Part shown: positions 1 through 11,811 of the stretch, piece by piece
Layout of the letters: every line of letters begins with the position of its first letter
How positions within the stretch are numbered: position 1 is the stretch's first letter
Source: Coniocarpon cinnabarinum
Taxonomy: Eukaryota
Assembly: GCA_051942205.1 (NCBI GenBank)
Contig: JAVECO010000029.1
Span: forward strand, 1 to 64,000
Direction of reading: 5' to 3'
Length of the DNA: 64,000 bases
Position numbers and translations under genes: made by a program
Notes under the pieces: generated by a model
The model's database searches: none
What the model was told of the DNA's origin: nothing
What the model saw: the letters and a program-made list of their open reading frames with translations, nothing else

Positions 1-1549
1 GCCCAAAACCCCGCCCACCTCTACACCCTCCGCCAATCCTCGACTCCCGCGTCTGTCACGTCCCAAGTGCGTGCCGCCACATCCTACAATTCCTCTCTCT
101 CGTTGAGCCGGAAGGAAGCACAAGCATGGCAAGACCTTTACGTTGCCTTTTACCACGCCGTCTGCGAGATTGTGGACGCAGAAGAAGTTGCGAACCAGGT
201 GCGGCGGCTGAATGGTGTACAGGGCGATGCGGGTGGGGAAGTGGCTCGGCAGTGGGGCAGGGTATATGAGAGTTGGCGTGAGGTCACAAATGTGCTGTAC
301 AGAGGGTACAGCACGGCGGGGTTCGGCGCATGGACTGTCCCGTGTCTTTACGTCGTGGGACGGTATCTGAGAGTGTTTGCGATCCGCGCGGATGAAGAGG
401 CTAGAAACGCGGTAGCAGCCGGGGCGTTCATGGGTGAGACACGGCTGGGCGAAGACGACGACGCTGGTGGGATGGAGAAGGAGAACGAGAAGTTGGAGGA
501 TTGTGCGCGGCAGATCAACCGTCTCTTTTCACTCTGCGTCTCAGATCGGCAAGTATCATATTCTGTCTGCCACGACTGATCCACTGCTAAACTACTACGA
601 ATAGTGCACCGCTCGAAAACAGCCGCAAATGGGCCCTCTATAACACCGCCAATCTCCTCTTCAAAACCTACTTCCGCCTCGGCTCCCTCGCCCTCTGCAA
701 GAACATCCTCCGCACCATCTCTGCCCAGTCTTCAGCACCCAACTCGGATCTGCCACCACTCTCCGCAGTCCCCAAATCACATCAAACAACCTTCCTTTAC
801 TATCGCGGCGTCACTGCCTTCCTTGACGAAGACTACACCGCCGCAGACGAATGCCTAAGCGAAGCATTTTCCCTGCTACCACCGGCTCACGGCTACAATT
901 CTCAAAACCCTACTGATGTCGCGGCCGTGCAGAAGAATCGAGATCTGATACTCACGTATCTAATACCTATTCGCCTCCTGCGACATAGCAAACTCCCCTC
1001 GCCCGCACTTCTAGCCTCATCCCCGCATCTTCACCGCCTCTTTGCTCCCCTCTGCAAAGCCACCAAATCCGGCCATCTCGCCGCCTTCGACAAAGCACTC
1101 GCAAAAGGCGAAGAAGAGTTCGTCAAGCGGCGGATTTATCTCACATTAGAGCGAGCACGTGACGTCTGCCTCAGGAATCTATTACGCAAAGTAGTGATCG
1201 CGGCCGGCTTCGAAGAAGGAAGCCAAGGCAAGGTAAGGAAAAGCCGCATCAAAATTGAGGAATTTGTGGTGGGTGTGAGGGTTTCGTTGGGACTGGTCAG
1301 GGACGCGCGGCGGAAGCAGGATGAGGAGGGAGGCTCGGATGTGACAGAGGGAGAGAGCGGGGAGCAGAGGGACGAGGTCGAGTGGATGATCGCGGGATGC
1401 ATTTACAAGGTATGTCAGGAGACTGAGACTGAATGAGGTGGCGGTGAAGGCTAATGTCAATACAGGGTCTTATGAAGGGCTACATTGCGCGAGATCACGG
1501 CATCGTGGTGTTATCCAAGGCTGGCGCGTTTCCGGGCACAGGCGTCTAG
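1..1549 (+). CDS. CSN12: COP9 signalosome subunit 12 / PCI-domain protein (5' end outside window); exons <1-548, 605-1409, 1466-1549
   Basis: The spliced product reads ...[43 protein letters not shown]...[13 protein letters not shown]...[30 protein letters not shown], typical of fungal Csn12/PCID2. Intron 1 (549-604) is GC-AG and intron 2 (1410-1465) is GT-AG. Confidence 0.9.
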
Positions 1550-2073
1550 GAGGGCCCTGGTACACACCATACGAAACTGGAAAGGCCGTCAAATGCCAAA
1601 TAAGTTGTTACGCATAGCGTCGGCGAGGAATCATGGGTTTCATGAGGCTATGTGATGATGTAAGAGATACCCACACTAGATCAGCAAGACAGTGACACCG
1701 CGGCGTATGATCTGTCGACTCGGGGTTGAGAAACCTATAGTTCCTCACCGCCCTTGAGCGGATACTGACAGTCGTCTCGCCATTAGATCCATCACGTGAT
1801 CTTTAGTCCTTCTCTTGTGACTAGCTCCACTACCTAGGAGACATTTGCCAGTTCAGGTCAAGAAATCTAACAATGCAGGAGTAGTCATGCTCCACACCAA
1901 GCCAACGTAGTCGAGGTGGAAGAGATCCGTGTATTTCCGCGTCATATCATATCTGCGTGCTATGAACAACTCACAGTCAAGGAACTTTTCAACGAAGCAC
2001 CTGAGCCAGCACGATCCAAGCCGCCTTGCAACGGGCCGCGAGCACCGCATACCGCTTATGTGCAGCAACAACG

Positions 2074-4079
2074 CTACGAAGACTGGACGTTTTCCGGCGT
2101 AAAAAACGCCGCCTGATCCGTCACCAACATCCCCGCAATGGACGCACTCGTCAGTGTCGCCAGCACACCAGTGCAAAGCGCACTCAACGCAACTCGACTC
2201 ACGTCGCCGCTCCGTCCGGGACTAATCTGGCTGAGCACACCAATCTGCGTACCGAGCGATCCAATGTTGCCAAAGCCACACAGCGCATACGTAACGATTA
2301 ATCGCGACCGCGACGAGATCTCAGCGTATGCCGCATCGCCTTGCAAAGTGGTATACGCGACGAATTCGTTTTCCACGACTTTGATGCCGATGAGCTGACC
2401 GACTTTGAAGAGGTCTTGACGGGGTACTCCGAGGAGGAAGGCAACGGGGTAGCAGATATATCCCAGGATTAGTTGGAGGGTGAGTGGGGGAGAGTTGATG
2501 TTGATGTAGGAGCCCCACCAGCCGAGCAGGCCGTTGATGAGACCGACGAGACCCAAGATGCAGAGCAGTGTTGCTGCGATCATGCCCGCGATCTTGATAC
2601 CGAGCCAGGCGCCGTTCGCGAAAGCGTGGAGGGTGTTGGCCGCGCGGTGTTCGTCATCGTCTGGAATGACGACGCGGCCGGCTGTCAGCGTTTCTTCACT
2701 TTCTGGCCAGCGCATTTTTGAAAGCGCAAGTGAACAGGGGATAGACATGATACACGCTGATATCAGGGCTGATCCATTGACACCGAGACCAATATACGCA
2801 GTCAAGACGCTGCCGCTGATGGTCGCAAATCCAGATGTCATGACTTGGTGAAGCTCCGCTTGAGTGAGATGGGCCACGAATGGCTTGATCAGCATGGCCG
2901 ACTCGCCCTGGCCAATGAAGGGCGAAGCCGCGGCTACGACTGCTTCAGCGCCGGAGACGCGCATCAGCCAGAAGACGAAGATGGCAGCCTTCTTGACGAT
3001 CCATTGGAGTGTACCCCAGTAGTACAGGATGCTGACCAGGGACACAAAGAAGATGATCGCGGGAATCGTCGTGATGAGGAACCACGTCAGCTGACTCGTC
3101 TCAGTGTTCGTCAGGAACGCGACGCCATCCTCAGCGAAACCGAGCAGCTCGCGAGCGAGCGTTGCGATGAAGTTGAAGATGTCGTAGCCGGCTTTGGTGC
3201 GCAGCACGAAGAGCGCGATGATGAACTGCGCGAGGTAGCCGACGAGGACGGTGTGCCAGTTGATCTTCGAGCGATGTCGAGAGGTCGCCCACATGATCAA
3301 CACACTGACGAGCATGCCAAAAAGAGAGACCGCACGATTGGCGCGGGTGTTGTCGGCCGACTCCTTTGACGCGAAGGCGCTGCAAATTTCTGGATCAGCT
3401 CGAGTCCATACTGCTTCGGAGAGCAAGAGACTTACCCGACCAGTATCACCGCAATCACGACCAAAGCTCCAGCGGGCACACGCATTTGCTCTGGTATCTG
3501 CTCATACACACGAGTGCCTGTATTTCGCCATGTCCAATGGATCGGGCGCGAGATGTAGCTAATGGGCACGTAGAAGAAAATGAGTCGCAGCGTGATCGCC
3601 AGCCATAACAAAAACGGAATGATCCAATTCTTGTCATGTCTGTGCAAGACCAAACTTGCTATCCACCAGCCCGTGAACAAAAGCAGGATGAAGACGTGCA
3701 CAATCAGGCGGTGGTGTGCATAGAGCTTGGCAAATCGATGGCTTTGAGGGTCTTGTTCCTGCGAAGATGAGTCTGTACTCAGTTTGCCCTTTTCCGCGTC
3801 GGCGATGCGCGCATCTCCTTTGGCTGCGGCGTCTGATGTCACGCTGTGCTTGTAGTCGCGGGGTATATGGTCATTAGGGTCGCGGCTGGGGATGGTACTC
3901 GGCTCGAAGGTGGTGCCCGTGGTGTAGGCAGCTTCGTGATGTGAGCCCTTTTCAGCAGTCGGCCCATGGTGGAGATGGGCGTGGTGATGTTCGCGACTTT
4001 CGTGGAGAGCAAGATCGGCAGAAGGTGGAACGTCGGTTTGGAGAGAGCTGTTGTGCCCCGCAGGGTGTGGTTCAGCCAT
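2074..4079 (-). CDS. Concentrative (H+/Na+) nucleoside cotransporter, CNT/SLC28 family; intron 3380-3435
   Basis: Multi-TM protein with the CNT motifs AASPFIGQGESAMLIKP, MTSGFATISGSVL, NEFVAY and YALCGFGNIGSLG. A GT..AG intron joins ORFs 3432-4121 and 2074-3426 in frame (VG-AFASKE). Confidence 0.93.
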
Positions 4080-4565
4080 TGGCGCACAGCAGGGGAAGGG
4101 CAAGCAGTCGGCGGTTAGCAAAAGAACATGATAGCATGGAGGTAAAAGCGCGGGAAGAAGCTCGTATATGAAGACGAGAGTCGCGCGACATGTCTGTGGG
4201 AGAGTTTGGGGTTATCAGTTGGCAGTGGGTGCGATGTTGCATGCACTTGTCTAGCTACGAAAAATCGTCCATTGGTGCTATCAATCTGCCGGGCCGTGCA
4301 CGTGCTGAATACGGTCACGCTAGTCCCTCTCCGTCCGCGGCTCCGAAGGGTCTCAGACTTGCAGGGTCCAGACCGGAGTGCCTTGTTTCCCAGGAATGCG
4401 CGCTTTTGACGCGACTCGCGCAACATCCATCCATCAGAGAGTCAAGCAACCACGGCTGCTGCTGCCACAGCACGCACTCACCGCGGAGCGCTTCCACCTC
4501 TGTCCAGATCTCTTGATGCGACCGTGAAAGAACCACGGCTGTAGAAACAGCCACTTTAAAACCTC

Positions 4566-6563
4566 ATGGCAACCACCACGCACATATCCCGCTCCCAACC
4601 ACCACAGTCTTTCCTCTCGAGTTATGCTCCACGCCTCCGCAAATACAACAATGCTCTCATCGCGCCTCTTGTTCAACCACCTAATGTCATCGCTCCCATC
4701 CGTACCACAAAGCGAGGAACAACCGCCATAAATTATGCTGAAGACGGCTACGACGATGACGATTTTGACGGAGAAGACGGTGCTTCGCGGCCTCGTCAAA
4801 CCGGTCTCAGAAGCGTTCGACGAGAAGAGCCCAGCACCACTCAGACGGGGCTCGCAAATGCGAATGCGCAGCCACCGGAAAAACAATTGGGGAGGCCAAA
4901 CGAACGACCGATAGAGCTACAGGGTATCTGGAGGGATTGGATGGGAAGACCCAAGGTTTCACGAACACCTCGACAATGCCACATGCAGACCATGCTGCCC
5001 TCACATTTGGTGCCCATACGGATTGACGTGGACGTGCCGCCGTTCAGACCCGAAGCCGCTCTGCCGCTACCTAAGGAATCCGGAGCAGTTCAGATGCTAG
5101 GTATTGATACGTCACTCGGCGCATACCGTCAAGGGGACCTTCTGAGTGCACCCCTACGTGTGAAAGACCAGTTCCTGTGGAATCTGCATGAGAGTCTCAT
5201 CACGCCTGATCAATTTGCAAAGAGTCTAGTAGAAGAGCTTGACCTACCTGCTGAGCGACGGACAGCTACAATCATGGATATCAATCGTCAGATTCGCGAG
5301 CAGCTGGAGCAGTACGCTAACGTTGCTCTCAATCCTCTATGGAGTGCAGAAGGCGAACGACAGATCGCGCAGCAAGAAGCAGTCGAGAACGAACGACGCA
5401 AAAACTATCTCAGAAGTCTCAATCGCAGCCTCCATCCCACCTCGGCCCGTCCCTCATCCAGTGCTCGAAACACCCCTGGCATCGGCGCAGCATCCACACC
5501 ACAGCCACAATATCCGTCACACCTCAACGGCCAGGTTTCTACGCCTGGTCGTGCAGCATCCACCCCGCAACTCTCTGTAACAGCCACAGCCTCACAATCA
5601 TCGTCACATCCCCACAATCCCCCAGACGCCTACCGCACCATCCTCACACTTTCCCTCAACCTCTCCTCAAAACTGTACACCGACCGCATCGAATGGTCCC
5701 TCATCCATCCCCCAGGCCGCGCTGAAGCCTTCGCCCGCCTTACCTGCGCCGACTTGGGCCTTCCGGGTGAATGGGTCGCAGCGATCTCCCACGCAATCCA
5801 CGACGCAGTGTACAAACAGAAAAAAGAAATCGTCGAAAACAACGGGCTCCTACCTGGCGCCATGGAAGGCAACCTAGACAACGACTCAGTCGACTTTACT
5901 GCAGAATCTGGTTGGCGTTACGACCCCGAGGGTCTCTGTGGCGTCGGCTGGGGCCAGGGCTACGCCGGCGCGAAACGCAAACCCGGCGAAGAATGGGGCG
6001 GCAGCGAGTGGGAGCCCAAAGTGGAAGCGCTATCTAAAGAGGAGATCGAAAAGCGCGAAGGCGACCGCGAACGCAGTCTGCGTAGGATGCGGCGCGAGAC
6101 CGGGAAAGTGAGCGAGCTCCCTGGCCGACGCGGCGGCGGTGGAGGGAATCAATCCGATTACTTTAGCGGAGGGCTGGGCACGCCCGTCGGCGGCCAAAGC
6201 GATTACTTCGCCAACGGCCTCGACGAAACAACAGAGCGATTAGGAAGGGGCGAGCGCAAGAAGAAACGCAGATTCCGCTCAGCCTCGCCGAGTAATCGCG
6301 ACACGCCCGAGCAAGCGGAGGGCGCGGCGTCGGGCGAGGGTTTCAAGACGCTGACGGACACAGAGCGCAAGATTTGGCGATGCACGCATTGCTCGGTCTG
6401 GGGCAGTGCTGTTTGGGCGGTAAGAGATGGGCCTAGGGGTCCGAAGAGTTTGTGTATGAATTGTGGGGTGTTGTGGGAACGGGATGGGCGGTTGCCAGAG
6501 TGTGCGAGGGGGATTTTTGCGCTGGAGGTGGGTGTTGGGGGACTGGGTGTTAGGGGGAGGTGA
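4566..6563 (+). CDS. SFH1: RSC chromatin-remodelling subunit Sfh1 (SNF5 domain plus C-terminal GATA-type zinc finger)
   Basis: 665-aa ORF. N-terminus has QSFLSSYAPRLR and RTTKRGTTAINYAE. SNF5 repeats include KDQFLWNLHE and LYTDRIEWSL..CADLGL.GEW, followed by EEIEKREGDRER. C-terminus has CTHC-x20-CMNC. Confidence 0.9.
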   Translation: MATTTHISRSQPPQSFLSSYAPRLRKYNNALIAPLVQPPNVIAPIRTTKRGTTAINYAEDGYDDDDFDGEDGASRPRQTGLRSVRREEPSTTQTGLANANAQPPEKQLGRPNERPIELQGIWRDWMGRPKVSRTPRQCHMQTMLPSHLVPIRIDVDVPPFRPEAALPLPKESGAVQMLGIDTSLGAYRQGDLLSAPLRVKDQFLWNLHESLITPDQFAKSLVEELDLPAERRTATIMDINRQIREQLEQYANVALNPLWSAEGERQIAQQEAVENERRKNYLRSLNRSLHPTSARPSSSARNTPGIGAASTPQPQYPSHLNGQVSTPGRAASTPQLSVTATASQSSSHPHNPPDAYRTILTLSLNLSSKLYTDRIEWSLIHPPGRAEAFARLTCADLGLPGEWVAAISHAIHDAVYKQKKEIVENNGLLPGAMEGNLDNDSVDFTAESGWRYDPEGLCGVGWGQGYAGAKRKPGEEWGGSEWEPKVEALSKEEIEKREGDRERSLRRMRRETGKVSELPGRRGGGGGNQSDYFSGGLGTPVGGQSDYFANGLDETTERLGRGERKKKRRFRSASPSNRDTPEQAEGAASGEGFKTLTDTERKIWRCTHCSVWGSAVWAVRDGPRGPKSLCMNCGVLWERDGRLPECARGIFALEVGVGGLGVRGR

Positions 6564-7627
6564 GAGTGGCTTTGAAGCGCAGACGGTCCGATTGCATGAA
6601 GTAGATAGACTTTGACAGCACAGAGATCGTCTTGTTGCATTCATTTCCAACGCCCGCCCGATCACTGCACGTGGATCTCGAGGCTCAGGCTCTGGAATCA
6701 TGCCAGACGCTGACCATCAGCCTTAGGCGAGTTTGTTCGTTGTACAACCCACTTTGCGAGGAAGACTTGCTCAAAATTCTGCTGACAGATGTAAAGTTAC
6801 TGTCGGGCAAGTTCTTCATTGGCGTACAGCGCCAGGCTGGGTGACATGTGTCCTTGTGCATGTTGCCTGCGAGTCCTCGGCTATGTTCCGCAAACGCCTA
6901 TTGCCTACAAGGCCTACTGCCTACAATCGATCAAACGAGTACTTGAGCGACCATAGCCGAATCAGGTGAAGTTGCTCTCGCTTGGTACTCAACCACGGCC
7001 TGTGAAGAGTTCACTCTATTGAGCACACCAAATCTTGAAATACACAGTCCTCGAATGCCGCCTCTTCAATTGGATGTGAGACCAGAAGTAAGAAGCAGAG
7101 GTAACTAGTAGATCTGTGCAAATTACGACAAAGAGCTGAGGTTGAAATACGTAACGATGAAGCCTACTGGAGTTTGATATATCAGGTACTTGGCAGCTTC
7201 GCACGCGCGACCTCATGTCATCTGCAGGGACGGCAGGGCACATTGCTTTTCCTGCGAGCGACATTCCCTTCCCGTTCTGTGACATCTGCGACTTGGCCTT
7301 TCTTGAGGCAAGTGAGGTCGATTGCTGGTGTGTACTTGCTAAAGTGTTCACGAGAAGATCCACGGAGAAGGAATCTTGAGGCTTTGCGTGTGGCTTCTCT
7401 GCCTTGCAGAGGTAGCCCGGACGCCTTGTCCTCCTGCATTTTTTGTGTGTGTCCTTGTGCGTCTCACTGAGCACAGCCCCTGGCGATGACTTCGAAGGCG
7501 AACCCCGAGTCTGTCGTCTATAAAGATTCGTCAACAATGCTTACTAAAGGGTTCTGACCAGTCTTGCTCCTTGCTTTATCGTATCACAGAATTTACCAAA
7601 CACCCGACAAGATCAACTCTGTCGACA

Positions 7628-8201
7628 ATGAGGATCCTTGCTGTCCCTCCGTTCGCTGTAATCAGCGGAGCAACCAACTGCTACATGCAAATCACCCAAG
7701 AAGTGGTGAGTTCAGTCACATTATCACCTCGTCAAGACCCTTTTGCCCTTGCTTCAATCTGCGACGCCGTTTCGTCTTCGCTCACAAATCGAGCAGAACT
7801 GGGAAGTTCTCAACATCCAAGGAGGGGTCTTCCAGGGCTCCAACTTTCCCGTGACTGTGAACGATGAAATGGGCAACGATTGCAAGCAGCTCGCGCAATT
7901 CCATCTTGAGAAGGGCAACGCCACCGTCAGCAGCAGCTTGCCGTGGAAGGTGGACGTCCATGTAGACAATGTCATGAATTCCCTGTCAGAGGGGTAAGTC
8001 TAAAATATGCAAAGCGCGGCAGAAGACTGCGCGATATATACGCCATGGTCTCCGGCATGTGCTGATGACGCGCTGAAATGTAGATTCATGGACTACGCTG
8101 ATCAGCATGCGGACTTCTCGAACAAGAGCATGTGCAAATCTTCGAAGATGACAAATGCGTTGGATGGGGTATCGATGATATCCTGTGCCTTTCAGTGCTA
8201 G
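7628..8201 (+). CDS. Small putatively secreted Cys-containing protein (~130 aa); exons 7628-7705, 7797-7993, 8084-8201
   Basis: Two canonical introns (gtgagt..gctcac..cag; gtaagt..tag) join three ORF fragments in frame. Product: MRILAVPPFAVISGATNCYMQITQEV-NWEVL...SSSLPWKVDVHV...EG-FMDYADQH...ISCAFQC*. Confidence 0.7.
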
Positions 8202-9087
8202 GAGCCTAGCTTAGCAGCAGGCGGTAGCAAAGACAGCTATTCTGGCTGGAAAGGCTGGCCAAGGTAGAGGCTCACCGTCCTTTGTTCAATGATAAAGTCG
8301 CACTCGTTGAATGAGGATTGATTCAGTTCACGTTGTAGTTCTGAAGCCTCGGTGCTGTCTCTCTTCTGGATCGCCTGGGTATTTGCCTAAAATTAATGGC
8401 TTACATTGCTATGATTCTGACTTGCAGCTGTGCGTGGGGGTTGGATGTGAAGGGAAGGTGAGGAGAGTGGCTCGGAAGCATAGATGGATGTGATGCGTGC
8501 ATGCATGCATGCAAGAAGTGGATAGATTTTTCGGCACAGACAGTGCATAATGCACGGCTTGTTGTATTGATATCCAGCGCTTGATCAAATAGATGACATC
8601 GAAGTCCAGCTTCGAAATCATTTGTTCCGCGACCAAATTGGTGGCGGACGCTGATCATCCACGTCGAGATCAAGTTTCTTGGTGTCAATGGCCGCTTGTG
8701 GCGGGGAATTCTGCAGCCAAGGGTTCAGGTCCCACTAGACAAGTGTGTTCGAGTCTCTGTTTCCGGCCAGGCGGTACGTTGCCGGCTCATTAAAATCGTG
8801 TTGAACTGACATACGCATTGGAAGGCATACAGAAGTGGGCGATATCTTGAAGGCGCTGCGCCTGATGGGTCGCTGGTTTGGTGCGGAATACTTCCTGCAA
8901 CTGCAGTGGTCAGAGTTGGGAAGTACTGCTACCTATGACCTATGCAGGGCATGCCTGCTCTGCATGTCACTGGTGCCCTCCAAAGTCTCGATCGAGCATT
9001 CCAATGATCTTTCGGGGTGCGTCAAGGCCGACGGTACCATATCCACTTCAAGCCTGAGGAATGGTCCAGTACCTAGAACTGGCCGCT

Positions 9088-10785
9088 TCAATGGATGTTT
9101 CGACGATCTTTGTACTCGCGGTATAAAAATTCCCACATGTCATCGGTGTATTTGATCCCAAGTGCATTACTGTATGCGTCAAGATCACGTCTCATCTCTC
9201 GTGTGACCCTCCTTTCGCCCATCTGGCCCGCCCAAGCTTGCATGTACCTGTCAATTTCGTCAATGAGCACGCGTCGCTCCTTGCGAACACCCTCGTGCCG
9301 TTCGTCTTCATGGAATTCCTGTTGCAAGCAATCTTGTTTGATGAGCCAGTAAATTGCTGGATACGCCCGCAGCAGTACAGCACCTTTCCATTCTTCTCGT
9401 GGCGTGTCTATGTGAGTTTTGAGGATCGGTCCCACACGGCGCGCACGAAACACCCATTCCAGGCGCGCTGGGTCGAATGGATAATAGAGGCCCCGACCAT
9501 TCCAGCCAACGGCTTTGGCAGCTTGTCTCAAAATCTTTTCCGCCAACCTCCGCACGTTCCGAGGCAGACTCGGATCATACCCGTATACGGGAGCGGTCGG
9601 CAGGTAATCTCGAAGTTGCCAGTTCTGGAACGAGTTTGCGACGCCGAGGACATCGACGAATTCAATGAACTTATGGTCAGTGGCATTCAATCGATCCTGT
9701 AACTGATCCGCGGCATGATCTATAGCGTTGATGTAGCGCTGATGTCGATCTTCCGTCCACAAATCAGCGTTGTATCCTGGTTGATGACTGAACTGAGCGT
9801 AACTCTGCGTTTCCGAGCTATGCGTTGTTGAACCATGCGTTTCCGAGCTTTCGCTTCTCGAGTCCGTCTCGACCGAGCTTCTCGTATCTGAAGAGGTGGC
9901 CGCTGATTCGGCCGCAGGACGAAATGCACCCGTGAATGTTCGAGCATTCCAAAAATTTGCAGGAAATGAACCCGTAAATGCTTGGGCACTGCCAACATTT
10001 GCAAATCTTCGCGGCGGAGCGTTGTTGGCAGCTTGGGCTTGAGCAGCCTGGGCTTGAGCAGCTCGGGCTCGAGCGGCATAATGTTCGCGGTTCATCATTG
10101 GTCCTGCCCATTTCCACAACGATTTTCTTCCGGGCTGGAGGTCCGCTCCTGGTATCCACTCTTCGAAATGTTGGTTCCATTCACGCCATCGCGGTGGTAA
10201 CTTGGAGTGTCGAAGAATGCCGTCCCTGGCGACTCCCCAAAGGGACCTGTCCCTAAGGCGGAGCTTAGTGCGTTCGGGATCGTGTCTCGGAAACGCGCTC
10301 TTGAAATTTGATGGAAGAGATGTGAACGACTTCTCCGAAGCCTCCGAGCTACTCGACGTGCTCGAAGCCTCCGAGCTTCTCGAGCCGTCCGAGTTATTTG
10401 AAATATGTGTATTCTCTGTTGCGGCATCGTCGATGACCACTGGGCTGCCAGCAGCAATCCCCGAGGTTCTGGCACTAGTACCGCCGAAAGCGTCCGCACT
10501 TGTGACAACTGCTTCTGGCAATGTATCTTCTGCTGCTTCTTTCCAGGGTTCTCGCTTTTCCCTGCCCAATATGCCGGACTTTTCCACTTGTCTTGCCCAG
10601 TAAATTAGCTTAGGTGTTTCTCTCCCTGTCGCTTGGGTCTCCCGCCATGTCCACTCGCTCCATTGGCGACCCTTAGTGACTTCTTTCCAAATGCCATTGG
10701 GACAATCTCGATGATCTTCACCCGCAAGATCGCCTCGTCTAAAGTAGTACGTTTTGACATTTGTCGCGCGGCGGGTGGACGCCAT
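9088..10785 (-). CDS. Hypothetical 565-aa protein; Trp-rich segments separated by Ser-rich and AQA low-complexity linkers
   Basis: Uninterrupted 1.7-kb ORF starting at ATG. I recognise no domain. Confidence 0.65.
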   Translation of the reverse strand: MASTRRATNVKTYYFRRGDLAGEDHRDCPNGIWKEVTKGRQWSEWTWRETQATGRETPKLIYWARQVEKSGILGREKREPWKEAAEDTLPEAVVTSADAFGGTSARTSGIAAGSPVVIDDAATENTHISNNSDGSRSSEASSTSSSSEASEKSFTSLPSNFKSAFPRHDPERTKLRLRDRSLWGVARDGILRHSKLPPRWREWNQHFEEWIPGADLQPGRKSLWKWAGPMMNREHYAARARAAQAQAAQAQAANNAPPRRFANVGSAQAFTGSFPANFWNARTFTGAFRPAAESAATSSDTRSSVETDSRSESSETHGSTTHSSETQSYAQFSHQPGYNADLWTEDRHQRYINAIDHAADQLQDRLNATDHKFIEFVDVLGVANSFQNWQLRDYLPTAPVYGYDPSLPRNVRRLAEKILRQAAKAVGWNGRGLYYPFDPARLEWVFRARRVGPILKTHIDTPREEWKGAVLLRAYPAIYWLIKQDCLQQEFHEDERHEGVRKERRVLIDEIDRYMQAWAGQMGERRVTREMRRDLDAYSNALGIKYTDDMWEFLYREYKDRRNIH

Positions 10786-11811
10786 CTCATTGGGGGCTTG
10801 GTGAGCTTAGTAGACAATGGTGAAGAGGGGCTGCTCGAAGCTGTCTTGTGTGGCAGCGATTAGACAATGGCTCTGCAGGGAGACCAGGACACATGAGCTA
10901 TAGATAGGGCCATTCTCTGCATGGATCCTGATCGCTTATGCTAGAAACGCCTGACGGCCACGTGGCTTGAGTTAGAACGCTTTGCCATGCTCGAGTTCAA
11001 TGATGTCAAATGAACGCTTCTAGCTCCTCTGTTGACACCTGGCCTTAAGCGTACCCCGGCCCCAGAGTAGAAAGCTATTATGCAAGAATCGGCTTCATTT
11101 TGCTCTCTCGGACTTGGATGCAAGATGATTAATCGACATGATTACTCGCAAGGCTAGCAGTCAGCATTGCAGCAGCCCTTGAATAGCTCCAGCAGATGCT
11201 ATTAGTACGCATCTTGGGAAGGGCCTATGAAAGCGTAATGGTGCAGGCTACGGATCATCCATCCTAGACCAACTTCGAAGGATTCAACAAAGACCCCTGA
11301 GTTTCACGATGATCCGCCAGTCCCGAAGGCAGCGTGGCTTCGCGGAGATCGGCCTTTTCTTACTCAGTTGTAGCACGGAAGCCTTTTAAGCTCAAGCAGC
11401 ATAATTTGCTCGCCCACGCTGTCAGCAACCACCACCTACCATGCGCAACACCTGAAGGTTCCAGACGGACGCCAAGGAGAGGGTTGCACTAATCCGTTCT
11501 TGAACTCGCCTCTATCCCGACCCGTGCCACCATATGTACATAAGGATTGTTTCAAGTGGTAGATGCCACAACGACTCGATCTACTAAGGCTTGATACCAT
11601 TTGTGAAGGCTCTCTGGGTTCTAGTAACCCAGTCATTGCCTATGTGTCAGTACTCGAACAGCTGTATGCAACGTGATACGCAGTCACTGCCACAGCATGG
11701 CGATTCCCAAGCTCAACGAGCGTCGTCCAAAGTACAGCAAATCGACCATAATGTGTCGCCAATTTAGTCAACATAAACGTACATGTGCATACACATTGTC
11801 ACAGTAAATAC

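Noticed and set aside
1652..1770. Possible C/D snoRNA between CSN12 and CNT (GTGATGA ... CTGA)
   Set aside because: The putative guide (ccttgagcggat) matches 25S only with a bulge, and I see no terminal stem. It is more likely 3'-UTR sequence.
7016..7537. 173-aa minus-strand ORF
   Set aside because: Non-ATG start, no recognisable motifs and no supporting splice structure.
8495..8512. TGCA tetranucleotide palindromic run (gtgcatgcatgcatgca)
   Set aside because: Short microsatellite with no supporting context.
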